Assembly: GCA_016931055.1 (NCBI GenBank)
Contig: JAFGFL010000050.1
Span: forward strand, 1,535-65,534
DNA: 64,000 bases
Direction of reading: 5' to 3'
DNA from: Candidatus Omnitrophota bacterium
GTDB taxonomy: Bacteria; Omnitrophota; Gorgyraeia; Zapsychrales; Zapsychraceae
Below, in pieces: positions 53,993 through 62,321 of the stretch. How positions within the stretch are numbered: position 1 is the first letter of the stretch; every line of letters starts with the position of its first letter. Both the position numbers and the translations under genes were made by a program. The notes beneath the pieces were generated by a model. It was not told the DNA's origin and did not search any database. It worked only from the letters and a program-made list of their open reading frames with translations.

Positions 53993-55441
53993 TTATACCA
54001 TGCACTTCTCTTGGGATTCTTGTGTTGTCTTGGACAATTTTGATGAAGGGCATTCTCCGTTCCAACAATACAAACACAGCTTTTCACGCGGCAGCCCGAT
54101 CGCTTCGACCATATCATCGATCGTTTGATACCGCAAGGTCGTCGCCTCGATGTCCCGCTCGATCCACTTGACCATCTTCTTGTATTTTTCGGAATTTTGG
54201 TCCAGATATTCCGAGACATCCTCAATGTCTTTTCCCTCCAAGGCCCTGATCGCCTTTCGCGCGGCCAATTCATCCGCGCTTCTCGTTGAAAGGCAGAACT
54301 TACACGGGAACATCAACGGCGGGCAGGCCGGGCGGACATGGACCTCTTTGGCCCCGGCGTTCCAAAGTTTCTTGACAGTGAAGTTCTTTAGCTGTGTTCC
54401 CCTGACGATCGAATCTTCGCAGACAACGATCCTGTTGCCGGCAATGATATCATCGATGGGGATCAATTTCATCGTCGCGACGAAATCCCGCGTTTCCTGG
54501 CTCGGCGGCGTATAGCTTCGGCCGTAACCGGGCGTGTATTTGATAAGCGGGCGCCTGTAGGGTTTCTTGGACTCCATGGCGTATCCGATCGCGTGGGCCG
54601 TCCCGGAATCGGGGACACCTGACACGATATCGACTCCGATATCTTTATCTTTTTTCGCCAACGCCCTGCCGCAACGTTCCCTGACCGTCTCGACGTTGAC
54701 CCCTTCATAAACCGACGCCGGGAATCCCGTATAGATCCACAAAAAGGAACATATCTGTTGATGGTCCATGCCCTTGCGCCTGACAGCCATGCCGCTCTCG
54801 TTCAAAAGGATGATCTCTCCCGGCCTTAAGAATTTCTCGATCTTGAAACCGAGATTCGGCAAGGCATTGCTTTCCGAGGCAACGACCCAATCGCCGTCCT
54901 TTTTGCCAATCACGAGCGGTGTGTACCCCCAACGGTCACGGGCCGCGTAAATACCGTCTTGATTAAGGATCAAAAGCGAGCAGGAACCCTCGATCGCATC
55001 AAACATCTTCTCGATGCCGTCAATGATGTTATCCCCCAAGCTGATCAGTTTGGCAATCAGTTCTGTCGCATTCACCCCTCCGCGGCTGACCTCACTGAAA
55101 GAAATATCCTTCTTGAAAAGACCGGCTTGCAGCTCCTTTGTATTTTCGATAAGGCCGGCTGTCACGATGCAGAAAGGCCCAAACTTGGAATTCAGGTACA
55201 TCGGCTGCTCGTCGAAATCGCTGATGGCGCCTATGCCCTTGTTGCCCTCCATGTGCCGGTGGTCCTCGTAGAACTTCGACTTGAACTGGCTCTGGCTGAT
55301 ATTGTGGATCTGCCGGTTGAATTTTTTCCCCAGGACAACCATGCCGCCGTACTCCGTGCCCAAATGCGAATGATAATCGACACCGTAAAACAGCGTCTCG
55401 ATACAATCCTTTTTTGATACCGCACCGAATATTCCGCTCAT
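53993..55441 (-). CDS. Amidophosphoribosyltransferase (PurF)-like protein lacking the N-terminal Cys nucleophile
   Basis: Start MSGIFGAV (codon 2 is AGC, not TGC). PRTase motif IVVCEDSIVRGTQLK. Cys cluster-like CPPLMFPCKFC. The HRG of canonical PurF is replaced (YHSHLGTEYGG). The track ORF extension to 55528 is encoded by the repeat array. Confidence 0.7.
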   Translation of the reverse strand: MSGIFGAVSKKDCIETLFYGVDYHSHLGTEYGGMVVLGKKFNRQIHNISQSQFKSKFYEDHRHMEGNKGIGAISDFDEQPMYLNSKFGPFCIVTAGLIENTKELQAGLFKKDISFSEVSRGGVNATELIAKLISLGDNIIDGIEKMFDAIEGSCSLLILNQDGIYAARDRWGYTPLVIGKKDGDWVVASESNALPNLGFKIEKFLRPGEIILLNESGMAVRRKGMDHQQICSFLWIYTGFPASVYEGVNVETVRERCGRALAKKDKDIGVDIVSGVPDSGTAHAIGYAMESKKPYRRPLIKYTPGYGRSYTPPSQETRDFVATMKLIPIDDIIAGNRIVVCEDSIVRGTQLKNFTVKKLWNAGAKEVHVRPACPPLMFPCKFCLSTRSADELAARKAIRALEGKDIEDVSEYLDQNSEKYKKMVKWIERDIEATTLRYQTIDDMVEAIGLPREKLCLYCWNGECPSSKLSKTTQESQEKCMV

Positions 55442-55469
55442 GTCTTGTCTCCGTAAATGGTTATTTATG

Positions 55470-55600
55470 AAAATCCAAGATCCAAATAATACCAATACTG
55501 CCAAACAAATCCAAATTTCAAAATCCAAAACCGGCTATTTGGATTTGGGTTTTTGGATTTATTTTGGATTTGGTAGTATTTGAATTTTGAATTTATATCG
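55470..55600. repeat. AT-rich palindromic array of AAATCCAAA / TTTGGATTT motifs
   Basis: ATCCAA occurs at 55473, 55480, 55509 and 55523, then TTGGAT at 55539, 55553 and 55564, with the dyad centre near 55533. AAATCCAAA at 55521-55529 and 55507-55515 pairs with TTTGGATTT at 55538-55546 and 55552-55560, with equal 5-nt spacers. Confidence 0.7.
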
Positions 55601-55621
55601 ATCATATGTGGCAATCATTCA

Positions 55622-58600
55622 TTAAGCCTCGTGGAACGCGAGTTCCTGGTTTTGAAGCAAGGCGTGATATTCCTGGAGTGACTTTGGAAATACTTTGCTC
55701 TTTTTCATCTCTTCAATGCCGTCAACGGAGGCCTCAGCAGCCGCAATGGATGTCACATAGGGTATTTTTCTCTGGATCGCCATCATGCGGATGTAGCTGT
55801 CGTCATATTTGCTGTCTTTCCCGATCGGAGTATTGATGATCAGCTTCAGTTCATTATTCTTGATCGCGTCAGAGATGTTCGGCCTTCCTTCGTATAATTT
55901 CTTAATTAACGTATTTTTGACTCCGTAATCATTCAAAAACTGGCTTGTCCCTTCTGTCGCCAGAATAGTGAACCCCAAGGATTCTATCTTCTTGGCAATG
56001 GGCAGCAGGTTTTCCCTGTCCTTACTTGCCACCGTCAATAAGACATTGCCTTCCAGCGGCAGCCTGTATCCGGCCGATTCTTGCGCCTTATAAAACGCGA
56101 GCCCGAAGGTATCCGCAAGCCCCATCACCTCGCCGGTTGCCCTCATTTCAGGCCCAAGCACCGGGTCAACTTCCGGGAACATGTTAAACGGGAATACGGC
56201 TTCCTTGACGCCGACATAAGGGATCTTCTTGACCTGCAGCTCAGGGAAATCTTTAATCTTCTTGCCCAGCATGATCTGCATCGCGATGCGCGCCAAAGAA
56301 ATGCCTGCCACCTTTGACACGATCGGCACCGTCCTTGACGCGCGCGGATTGGCCTCAAGAATGTAAACTTTGTTATCACAGATCGCGAACTGGATATTCA
56401 TCAGGCCCACAACTTTCAGCTCCTTGGAAATGGCCCTGGAATATTTCTCGATGGTCTTCAAATGTTCTTCCTTGATCGTCCGGCTTGGAATGGAACACGC
56501 GGAATCCCCGGAATGCACACCGGCGAGTTCAATATGCTCCATGATCGAGGCAATAAAAGTATTTTCCCCGTCAGCTAAAGCATCCACTTCCGTCTCAATG
56601 GCCTTTTCCAGGAACCTGTCGATCAGCATCGGATGTTCGGGGCTGACATCGATCGCTTCAAGGGCGTATTTCTTTAAGGCCGTTTCGTCGTAAACCACCT
56701 CCATGCCCCTTCCTCCCAAAACATAAGACGGCCGGACCATCAGGGGATAACCGATCCTCCTTGCGATCTTTACCGCTTGATCTAAAGACCGTGCCGTCTC
56801 GCCTTCCGGCTGGGGGATGCCGAGCTCGATCATCTTCTGGCGGAAGCTCTCCCTGTCCTCGGCAAAATGAATGCTTTCCGGCGTTGTCCCCAAAATAGGG
56901 ACCCCGTTGTCTTTTAATTCCTGGGCAATATTCAGCGGTGTCTGCCCGCCAAATTGGACAACAACCCCCTCGGGTCTTTCCTTCTCATAAATATTCAGCA
57001 CATCCTCAACCGTCAGAGGCTCAAAATAAAGCTTATTGGACGTGTCATAATCCGTTGAAACCGTTTCAGGATTGCAGTTGACCATGATCGATTCATAACC
57101 CGCGTCGCGCAGGGCAAAGGCCGCGTGGACACAGGTGTAGTCGAATTCGATCCCCTGACCGATACGGTTGGGCCCGCCGCCTAAGATCATGACTTTCTTA
57201 TTTCGCGAGACAGGGACCTCGTCTTTGACATCCTTATATGTTGAATAATAATAGGCCGCGTTCTTCACACCGCTGACCGGGACGGATTCGTAGCGCACGG
57301 TTATTCCGTCCGCGATTCTCCTGGTCCTGACTTCCTTTTCTTTAATATCAAAAAGTTTGGCTAAATAACGGTCTGAAAATCCCGTTTCTTTAGCGGCCCT
57401 GAGCTGCTGATCGGATATTTTACTCCATTGAGACTTGATCAATCCCTCTTCAAACTCAACCAATTCCTTCATCTGCCCGATAAACCATCGTCCGATGAAT
57501 GTCGTTTGATAAAGCTCTTCAACGCTCACCCCTTTACGCAGGCATTCATACATAAGGAATACCCTCTCGCTGGACGGCCAGGCGATCCTTTGGCGCAACT
57601 CATCCAACGGAAGATCCTTGAAATTCTTCGCCCCTCCGAGACCAAAGCGTTTTATCTCCAGGGACCGGATGGATTTCTGGAAGGCTTCCTTGAACGTCTT
57701 GGCGATGCTCATCACCTCGCCGACCGCTTTCATTTGCGTGCCCAAAATATCTTTGGCCTGCGGGAATTTCTCAAAGGCCCAGCGGGCGAATTTAATAACG
57801 ACATAGTCGCCCCAAGGCTCATATTTCTCAAGGGTCCCTTTGCGCCAATAAGGAAGCTCATCCAAGTTCAATCCCGCAGCCAACTTTGTTGAGATGCGCG
57901 CGATCGGAAATCCCGTTGCCTTCGAGGCCAGCGCCGATGAACGGGATGTGCGGGGATTGATCTCGATGACGACCAAACGGTCGTCTTGCAGATTATGGGC
58001 AAACTGGATATTGGTCCCGCCGACAACGCCAATCGCTTCAACGATCTTGTAGCTGTAATCCTGCATGCGCTTCTGCAGGACCTCCGGAACGGTCAACATC
58101 GGGGCGGCGCAGAAACTGTCGCCCGTGTGGATGCCCATCGCGTCAATGTTCTCGATAAAACACACCGTGATCTTTTGGTTTTTTTCATCCCGGACAACTT
58201 CCAGTTCAAGCTCTTCCCAGCCATAGACAGACTCTTCAACCAGCACCTGATGGACAAGGCTGGCAGCCAGGCCGCGAGCGGCAATCGTGCGCAACTCTTC
58301 GACATTATAGGCGATCCCGCCCCCTGTTCCGCCCAGCGTATAGGCCGGCCGCAGGACGACCGGATACCCAAGACGCTCAGCCACTTTCTCCGCTTCCTCA
58401 ACAGAATGGGACGGGTCAGACTTAGGCATCGGAACACCCAATTTATTCATCGTGTTTTTAAAGGCGATCCGGTCTTCGCCGCGCTCGATGGCGTCGGCCT
58501 TGACCCCGATGATCCGCACGCCGTATTTATCCAGGACCCCTTGCTTATATAGAGAAGACGTTAGGTTCAAGCCGGTCTGCCCGCCCAAATTCGGAAGGAT

Positions 58601-58855
58601 GCCGTCAGGACGCTCTTTGTCAATAATCGCCGTTAAACTTTCAACCGTAAGCGGTTCAATGTATGTTTTATCGGCCATGCCGGGATCGGTCATAATGGTC
58701 GCGGGATTGGAATTGACCAAAACCACTTCAAACCCCTCTTCCCTTAACGCCTTGCAGGCCTGGGTGCCGGAATAATCGAACTCGCACGCCTGGCCGATAA
58801 TGATGGGTCCGGAGCCGATGATGAGGACTTTCTTGATGTCGTTTCGCTTGGGCAT
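55622..58855 (-). CDS. carB: Carbamoyl-phosphate synthase large subunit
   Basis: 1077 aa starting MPKRNDIKKVLIIGSGPIIIGQACEFDYSGTQA. It has duplicated ATP-grasp halves and a C-terminal MGS-like domain. Confidence 0.95.
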   Translation of the reverse strand: MPKRNDIKKVLIIGSGPIIIGQACEFDYSGTQACKALREEGFEVVLVNSNPATIMTDPGMADKTYIEPLTVESLTAIIDKERPDGILPNLGGQTGLNLTSSLYKQGVLDKYGVRIIGVKADAIERGEDRIAFKNTMNKLGVPMPKSDPSHSVEEAEKVAERLGYPVVLRPAYTLGGTGGGIAYNVEELRTIAARGLAASLVHQVLVEESVYGWEELELEVVRDEKNQKITVCFIENIDAMGIHTGDSFCAAPMLTVPEVLQKRMQDYSYKIVEAIGVVGGTNIQFAHNLQDDRLVVIEINPRTSRSSALASKATGFPIARISTKLAAGLNLDELPYWRKGTLEKYEPWGDYVVIKFARWAFEKFPQAKDILGTQMKAVGEVMSIAKTFKEAFQKSIRSLEIKRFGLGGAKNFKDLPLDELRQRIAWPSSERVFLMYECLRKGVSVEELYQTTFIGRWFIGQMKELVEFEEGLIKSQWSKISDQQLRAAKETGFSDRYLAKLFDIKEKEVRTRRIADGITVRYESVPVSGVKNAAYYYSTYKDVKDEVPVSRNKKVMILGGGPNRIGQGIEFDYTCVHAAFALRDAGYESIMVNCNPETVSTDYDTSNKLYFEPLTVEDVLNIYEKERPEGVVVQFGGQTPLNIAQELKDNGVPILGTTPESIHFAEDRESFRQKMIELGIPQPEGETARSLDQAVKIARRIGYPLMVRPSYVLGGRGMEVVYDETALKKYALEAIDVSPEHPMLIDRFLEKAIETEVDALADGENTFIASIMEHIELAGVHSGDSACSIPSRTIKEEHLKTIEKYSRAISKELKVVGLMNIQFAICDNKVYILEANPRASRTVPIVSKVAGISLARIAMQIMLGKKIKDFPELQVKKIPYVGVKEAVFPFNMFPEVDPVLGPEMRATGEVMGLADTFGLAFYKAQESAGYRLPLEGNVLLTVASKDRENLLPIAKKIESLGFTILATEGTSQFLNDYGVKNTLIKKLYEGRPNISDAIKNNELKLIINTPIGKDSKYDDSYIRMMAIQRKIPYVTSIAAAEASVDGIEEMKKSKVFPKSLQEYHALLQNQELAFHEA

Positions 58856-58921
58856 TCTTCCCTCTTTCCTTTTTATTTTTTCATGTGGCCGGATGTTACC
58901 CTGGCGGCCTCATTGAAAGAC

Positions 58922-58949
58922 AAAAAAAAGTAACCCGGGCGGGTTACTT
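58922..58949 (-). terminator. Rho-independent terminator upstream of carB
   Basis: Minus strand reads AGTAACC-cgcccg-GGTTACT followed by TTTTTTTT. Confidence 0.55.
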
Positions 58950-59044
58950 TAAGCAAACTGTCTGAACAAAACCGTGTCATTCATAGGGCGGTATTGTACA
59001 ATAAATTCTCATTGCAAACAATAATTTTTTTGGTCTGTGTCAAG

Positions 59045-59092
59045 CCAAAATAAAAATGTCCTAACATATACAGCCTGAAAAAAGTTAGGACA
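59045..59092 (-). terminator. Terminator-like hairpin after the B12-radical SAM gene
   Basis: Minus strand reads TGTCCTAAC - 18-nt loop - GTTAGGACA followed by TTTTTATTTT, 18 nt after the stop at 59110. Confidence 0.45.
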
Positions 59093-59109
59093 AACGTCAT
59101 TATTTTTTG

Positions 59110-60549
59110 CTATTTTTTCGCGAAGCGCCGTTTTTGCATTTCCTTGCTTAACGCCGCGAAGATCAAAAGAGGAGCGGTCAATACCAACTGAACCGTTTCC
59201 CAAAAAGTAAAGAATTTTGCCTTGAAAACAACCTTGTAAAGCATCTTAGGAAAGCGTGAGGGGGTATAAAACATCTTTCGCATCCTGCGGCCGATCTTCT
59301 TCAGCGCCGCGTGGCTATACCGGTCGGAATACAATTCGCCTTTTTCCGTAATGTGGTATCCGGGGGTTTTCTCTGCGATCTCCCTGAGTGCCGAAAATTT
59401 TTCAATTCTCAATTTGTTCAGCGTCACACCGTCGACGCCGATCTCCTTGGCGAATTCCGGGATGTAGAGCATCTCCTCTTCGGTCTCCCCTATGTTGCCG
59501 TAAATAAAATAGCCGTGAAAATAAATCGGGTATTTGCGCAATACGGCAAAGGCCTCCCGGATAGTGTTGGAGTCAAACCCTTTATTGAACTGGCCGAGGA
59601 CCCAGTCATGCGGTGATTCGATGCCGACGAGAAGGGCCTTAAAACCGGCCTTGACGATCTTATCCAGCAGTTGGGGGTGCTTGGCGATATCAATGCGTGT
59701 TTGGGCAATGAACCGTTTCCTGATCTTGCGCCTGATGATCTCATCGCAGAGCTTCTCGGCCCTTTTCTTGTTGGCGAAGATCTCGTCGTCCCCGAAAAGG
59801 ATCGCGCCGGCACAGCTCGCCTCGATCTCATCGACGACGGACGCAATGTCGCGCTCGGAATATTTCCTCTTCTGCCCTAAAGGGTTCAGGTTAAACGTGC
59901 AGAATTTGCAGTTGAAGGGGCAGCCGCGGGCGGTTAAGACCGAGTCAAAGGTAAGATTGGTGACGTTGATTCCGCCAAACGTCATCCGGTATTTGTACCT
60001 TCTGAGACTGCGGTCGGGGGCCGGGATGGTATCAGCCGCGGGAAACGGCCGGAAAGGATTGTGCCGGATTTCCCCGTTGTGCCGAAAGGAAATGCCCTTA
60101 ATATCTTCAAACGGCACATTCCCCATGATCTCCTTGATCGTTTCTTCCCCTTCGCCGCGCACCACGGCATCAACGGTCGGACAACGCTGGAGGAGCTCAA
60201 CCGCCAACTCCGTGGCCTTATAGCCGCCCACGATCACGGGGATGTGATCAGGGATACGATTCAACAAATCGCATATTTCATCGAACTGGCGGTCCCAGGT
60301 AATGCTGACGCAGACAAGGTCAATCTTTTCTTCGCGGATAAACGCCAATAGATTTTCTGTGACACATAACTCCTTTTCATGGCGCAGGTCGATGACCGTG
60401 ATGCGGCGGGCAAACTCCTTGGCGCTGGCCGCCACATATTCAAGGCCAACTGGCGGGAAAAGCCTCATCGCGCCGTTATCGCTGCTTTCAATATAAGGAT
60501 TCAAAAATAAAGCGTGATTATAATTCATGGCAGTGACCATAGAAGGCAT
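59110..60549 (-). CDS. B12-binding-domain radical SAM protein
   Basis: N-terminal cobalamin-binding-like Rossmann region and the GCPFNCKFCTF radical SAM motif. The start may be at MNYNHALF (60531). Confidence 0.8.
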   Translation of the reverse strand: MPSMVTAMNYNHALFLNPYIESSDNGAMRLFPPVGLEYVAASAKEFARRITVIDLRHEKELCVTENLLAFIREEKIDLVCVSITWDRQFDEICDLLNRIPDHIPVIVGGYKATELAVELLQRCPTVDAVVRGEGEETIKEIMGNVPFEDIKGISFRHNGEIRHNPFRPFPAADTIPAPDRSLRRYKYRMTFGGINVTNLTFDSVLTARGCPFNCKFCTFNLNPLGQKRKYSERDIASVVDEIEASCAGAILFGDDEIFANKKRAEKLCDEIIRRKIRKRFIAQTRIDIAKHPQLLDKIVKAGFKALLVGIESPHDWVLGQFNKGFDSNTIREAFAVLRKYPIYFHGYFIYGNIGETEEEMLYIPEFAKEIGVDGVTLNKLRIEKFSALREIAEKTPGYHITEKGELYSDRYSHAALKKIGRRMRKMFYTPSRFPKMLYKVVFKAKFFTFWETVQLVLTAPLLIFAALSKEMQKRRFAKK

Positions 60550-60625
60550 AAGGGATGACTCCTCAAGGCACCAAGAATTTTGGAAGAGGTATTATAATAG
60601 AAATTCCCCCGCTCAGGAAGGTTAT

Positions 60626-60665
60626 ATTCATTTTAGGAAAGCTGGGACAGACCCTATTTATTTTT
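60626..60665 (+). repeat. Dispersed motif copy (ATTCATTTTAGGAAAGCTGGGACAGACCCTATTTATTTTT)
   Basis: See 48903-48939. It lies between the dgkA stop and the B12-rSAM start. Confidence 0.6.
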
Positions 60666-60670
60666 ATACC

Positions 60671-61039
60671 TCAATAATAGGGTATAAAAATAATGAGGCC
60701 AATGATAACCGCACCAACGATACAAATAAGCACAGCGCCGGCCGCGACATCTTTCGCGTTTTCAACCAGCGGATGAAACTCAGGAGAAGCCACGTCACAC
60801 AATAGCTCCAAAGCCGTATTCAATGTCTCTGCCGTCCAAACGGAAGTCATGGCCATAACCAGCCAGCACCATTCGATTCGAGTGACCCCAAAATACGCGC
60901 CCGTTATACACACCGCCAGTGTCGCCGTCAAATGGATCCACGCGTGACGTTGAGAACGCAGCATAAACCATATCCCGCGGATAGCCACTTTAAAACTAAA
61001 AACCAGTTCTTTCGGTGAAATCCGTTTTGCTTTTCTCAT
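60671..61039 (-). CDS. dgkA: Diacylglycerol kinase (prokaryotic DgkA type)
   Basis: 122 aa, 3 TM, with AETLNTALE and AKDVAAGAVL motifs. Confidence 0.85.
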   Translation of the reverse strand: MRKAKRISPKELVFSFKVAIRGIWFMLRSQRHAWIHLTATLAVCITGAYFGVTRIEWCWLVMAMTSVWTAETLNTALELLCDVASPEFHPLVENAKDVAAGAVLICIVGAVIIGLIIFIPYY

Positions 61040-61204
61040 ATCTTTTCCTTTAAAGCGAAAATACCGTGTTTATCGTAAATACGACTGAAGCTACTCGGCC
61101 TTTATTTCTAATCAAATTTGGATGTTTATTTTATACGAGGGCATGATTTTTGTCTATTGGATTTTAGTGCGATGTACTCAAGGCGGCGGGTTTGCGGCGC
61201 GGCT

Positions 61205-62122
61205 TCAAAAGGATTCCGAGGAATTGCGGAATTTTTTGCCGGTCAGCATCTCGTAGGCCTGAGAATACTTTATATAGGTCTTATTGACCACTTCTTCCGG
61301 CAGTTCGGGGCCGGGATAGGTTTTATCCCAGTCTAAAGTCAGCAGATAATCGCGGACAAACTGCTTGTCAAAGCTCGATTGGGAACGCCCTGGCTCGTAT
61401 TCGTCTTTCGGCCAAAAACGGGATGAATCAGGGGTCAGGGCCTCGTCAATGAGAATGAGCGTCTTGCCTTCATCCAGTAGTCCGAATTCAAATTTCGTGT
61501 CGGCAATAATGATCCCTTTGGACTCCGCGTATTCGCTGGCTTTCTTATAGATCGCAATGCTTATCTCCTTAAGGCGCGAAGCCAATGACTTGCCGATTTC
61601 CTTCTCAACATAGTCCTGGCTCACATTGATATCGTGGCCTGTTTCCTCTTTGGTAGCCGGCGTAAAGATGGGCTCGGGGAGTTTATCCGACTCGCGCAAA
61701 CCGGCCGGCAGCTTGTTGCCGCAGACCGTTTGGTTCTCCTTATATTCTGTCCAGCCTGAACCTGACAAATAGCCTCGCACGACGCATTCGACCGGTACTG
61801 GATCGGCCTTTTTGACCAGCATGGTCCTCCCGCGCAAGGCATCCTTCCACTGCGATAATTCCCCGGGAAATTCATTGATATCGGCCGTGATGAGATGGTT
61901 ATCGATAATGCCTTTGGTGAACCCGAACCAGAAGGAGGATACCTGGGTCAAAATCTCGCCCTTATGAGGAATGGCCGTCGGCAGGACAACGTCAAAGGAC
62001 GATATGCGGTCCGAGGCGATCATAAGATACATGTCTTTGTACTCATAGATCTCCCGCACTTTCCCTCTCTTGAAGAACTTCACTTGGGGTATGGGGGGAA
62101 GACTCATCGTTCTATCTTTCAT
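61205..62122 (-). CDS. purC: Phosphoribosylaminoimidazole-succinocarboxamide synthase
   Basis: SAICAR synthetase motifs (GKVREIYE, SDRISSFD, ADTKFEFG). The start may be at MSLPPIP (62107). Confidence 0.9.
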   Translation of the reverse strand: MKDRTMSLPPIPQVKFFKRGKVREIYEYKDMYLMIASDRISSFDVVLPTAIPHKGEILTQVSSFWFGFTKGIIDNHLITADINEFPGELSQWKDALRGRTMLVKKADPVPVECVVRGYLSGSGWTEYKENQTVCGNKLPAGLRESDKLPEPIFTPATKEETGHDINVSQDYVEKEIGKSLASRLKEISIAIYKKASEYAESKGIIIADTKFEFGLLDEGKTLILIDEALTPDSSRFWPKDEYEPGRSQSSFDKQFVRDYLLTLDWDKTYPGPELPEEVVNKTYIKYSQAYEMLTGKKFRNSSESF

Positions 62123-62321
62123 AATCGTCTCCCTATAGAAATATGCGGGTAAAATCGGAAATATCGAATATGCTCAGTTTATGGGCCCAAGCCTTCAGGC
62201 CGGGTATTATTCTACCAAGCGTGCTCTGAATTTCCTTAACTATTTCATAAATTTTCAATACAGGAAATCCCGCCATGATGGGCCCGGATACAGCTTCAGG
62301 AAGACAATAACAGGAAGTTTT

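Noticed and set aside
60661-60690. 10-bp AT-rich hairpin (TTTTTATACC...GGTATAAAAA) overlapping the dgkA stop, considered as a terminator.
   Set aside because: The stem is almost pure A/T, one arm lies inside the coding sequence, and no U-tract follows on the minus strand. This is insufficient to call a terminator.
62133-62276. 47-aa minus-strand ORF (MAGFPVLKIYEIVKEIQSTLGRII...) and the overlapping 85-aa plus-strand ORF 62181-62438, both in the spacer upstream of purC.
   Set aside because: Neither has an SD. They overlap each other on opposite strands, and the plus-strand one runs into the 3' end of the PEP-utilising enzyme gene. No motif is recognisable. They are kept only as candidates for ribosome-profiling checks.
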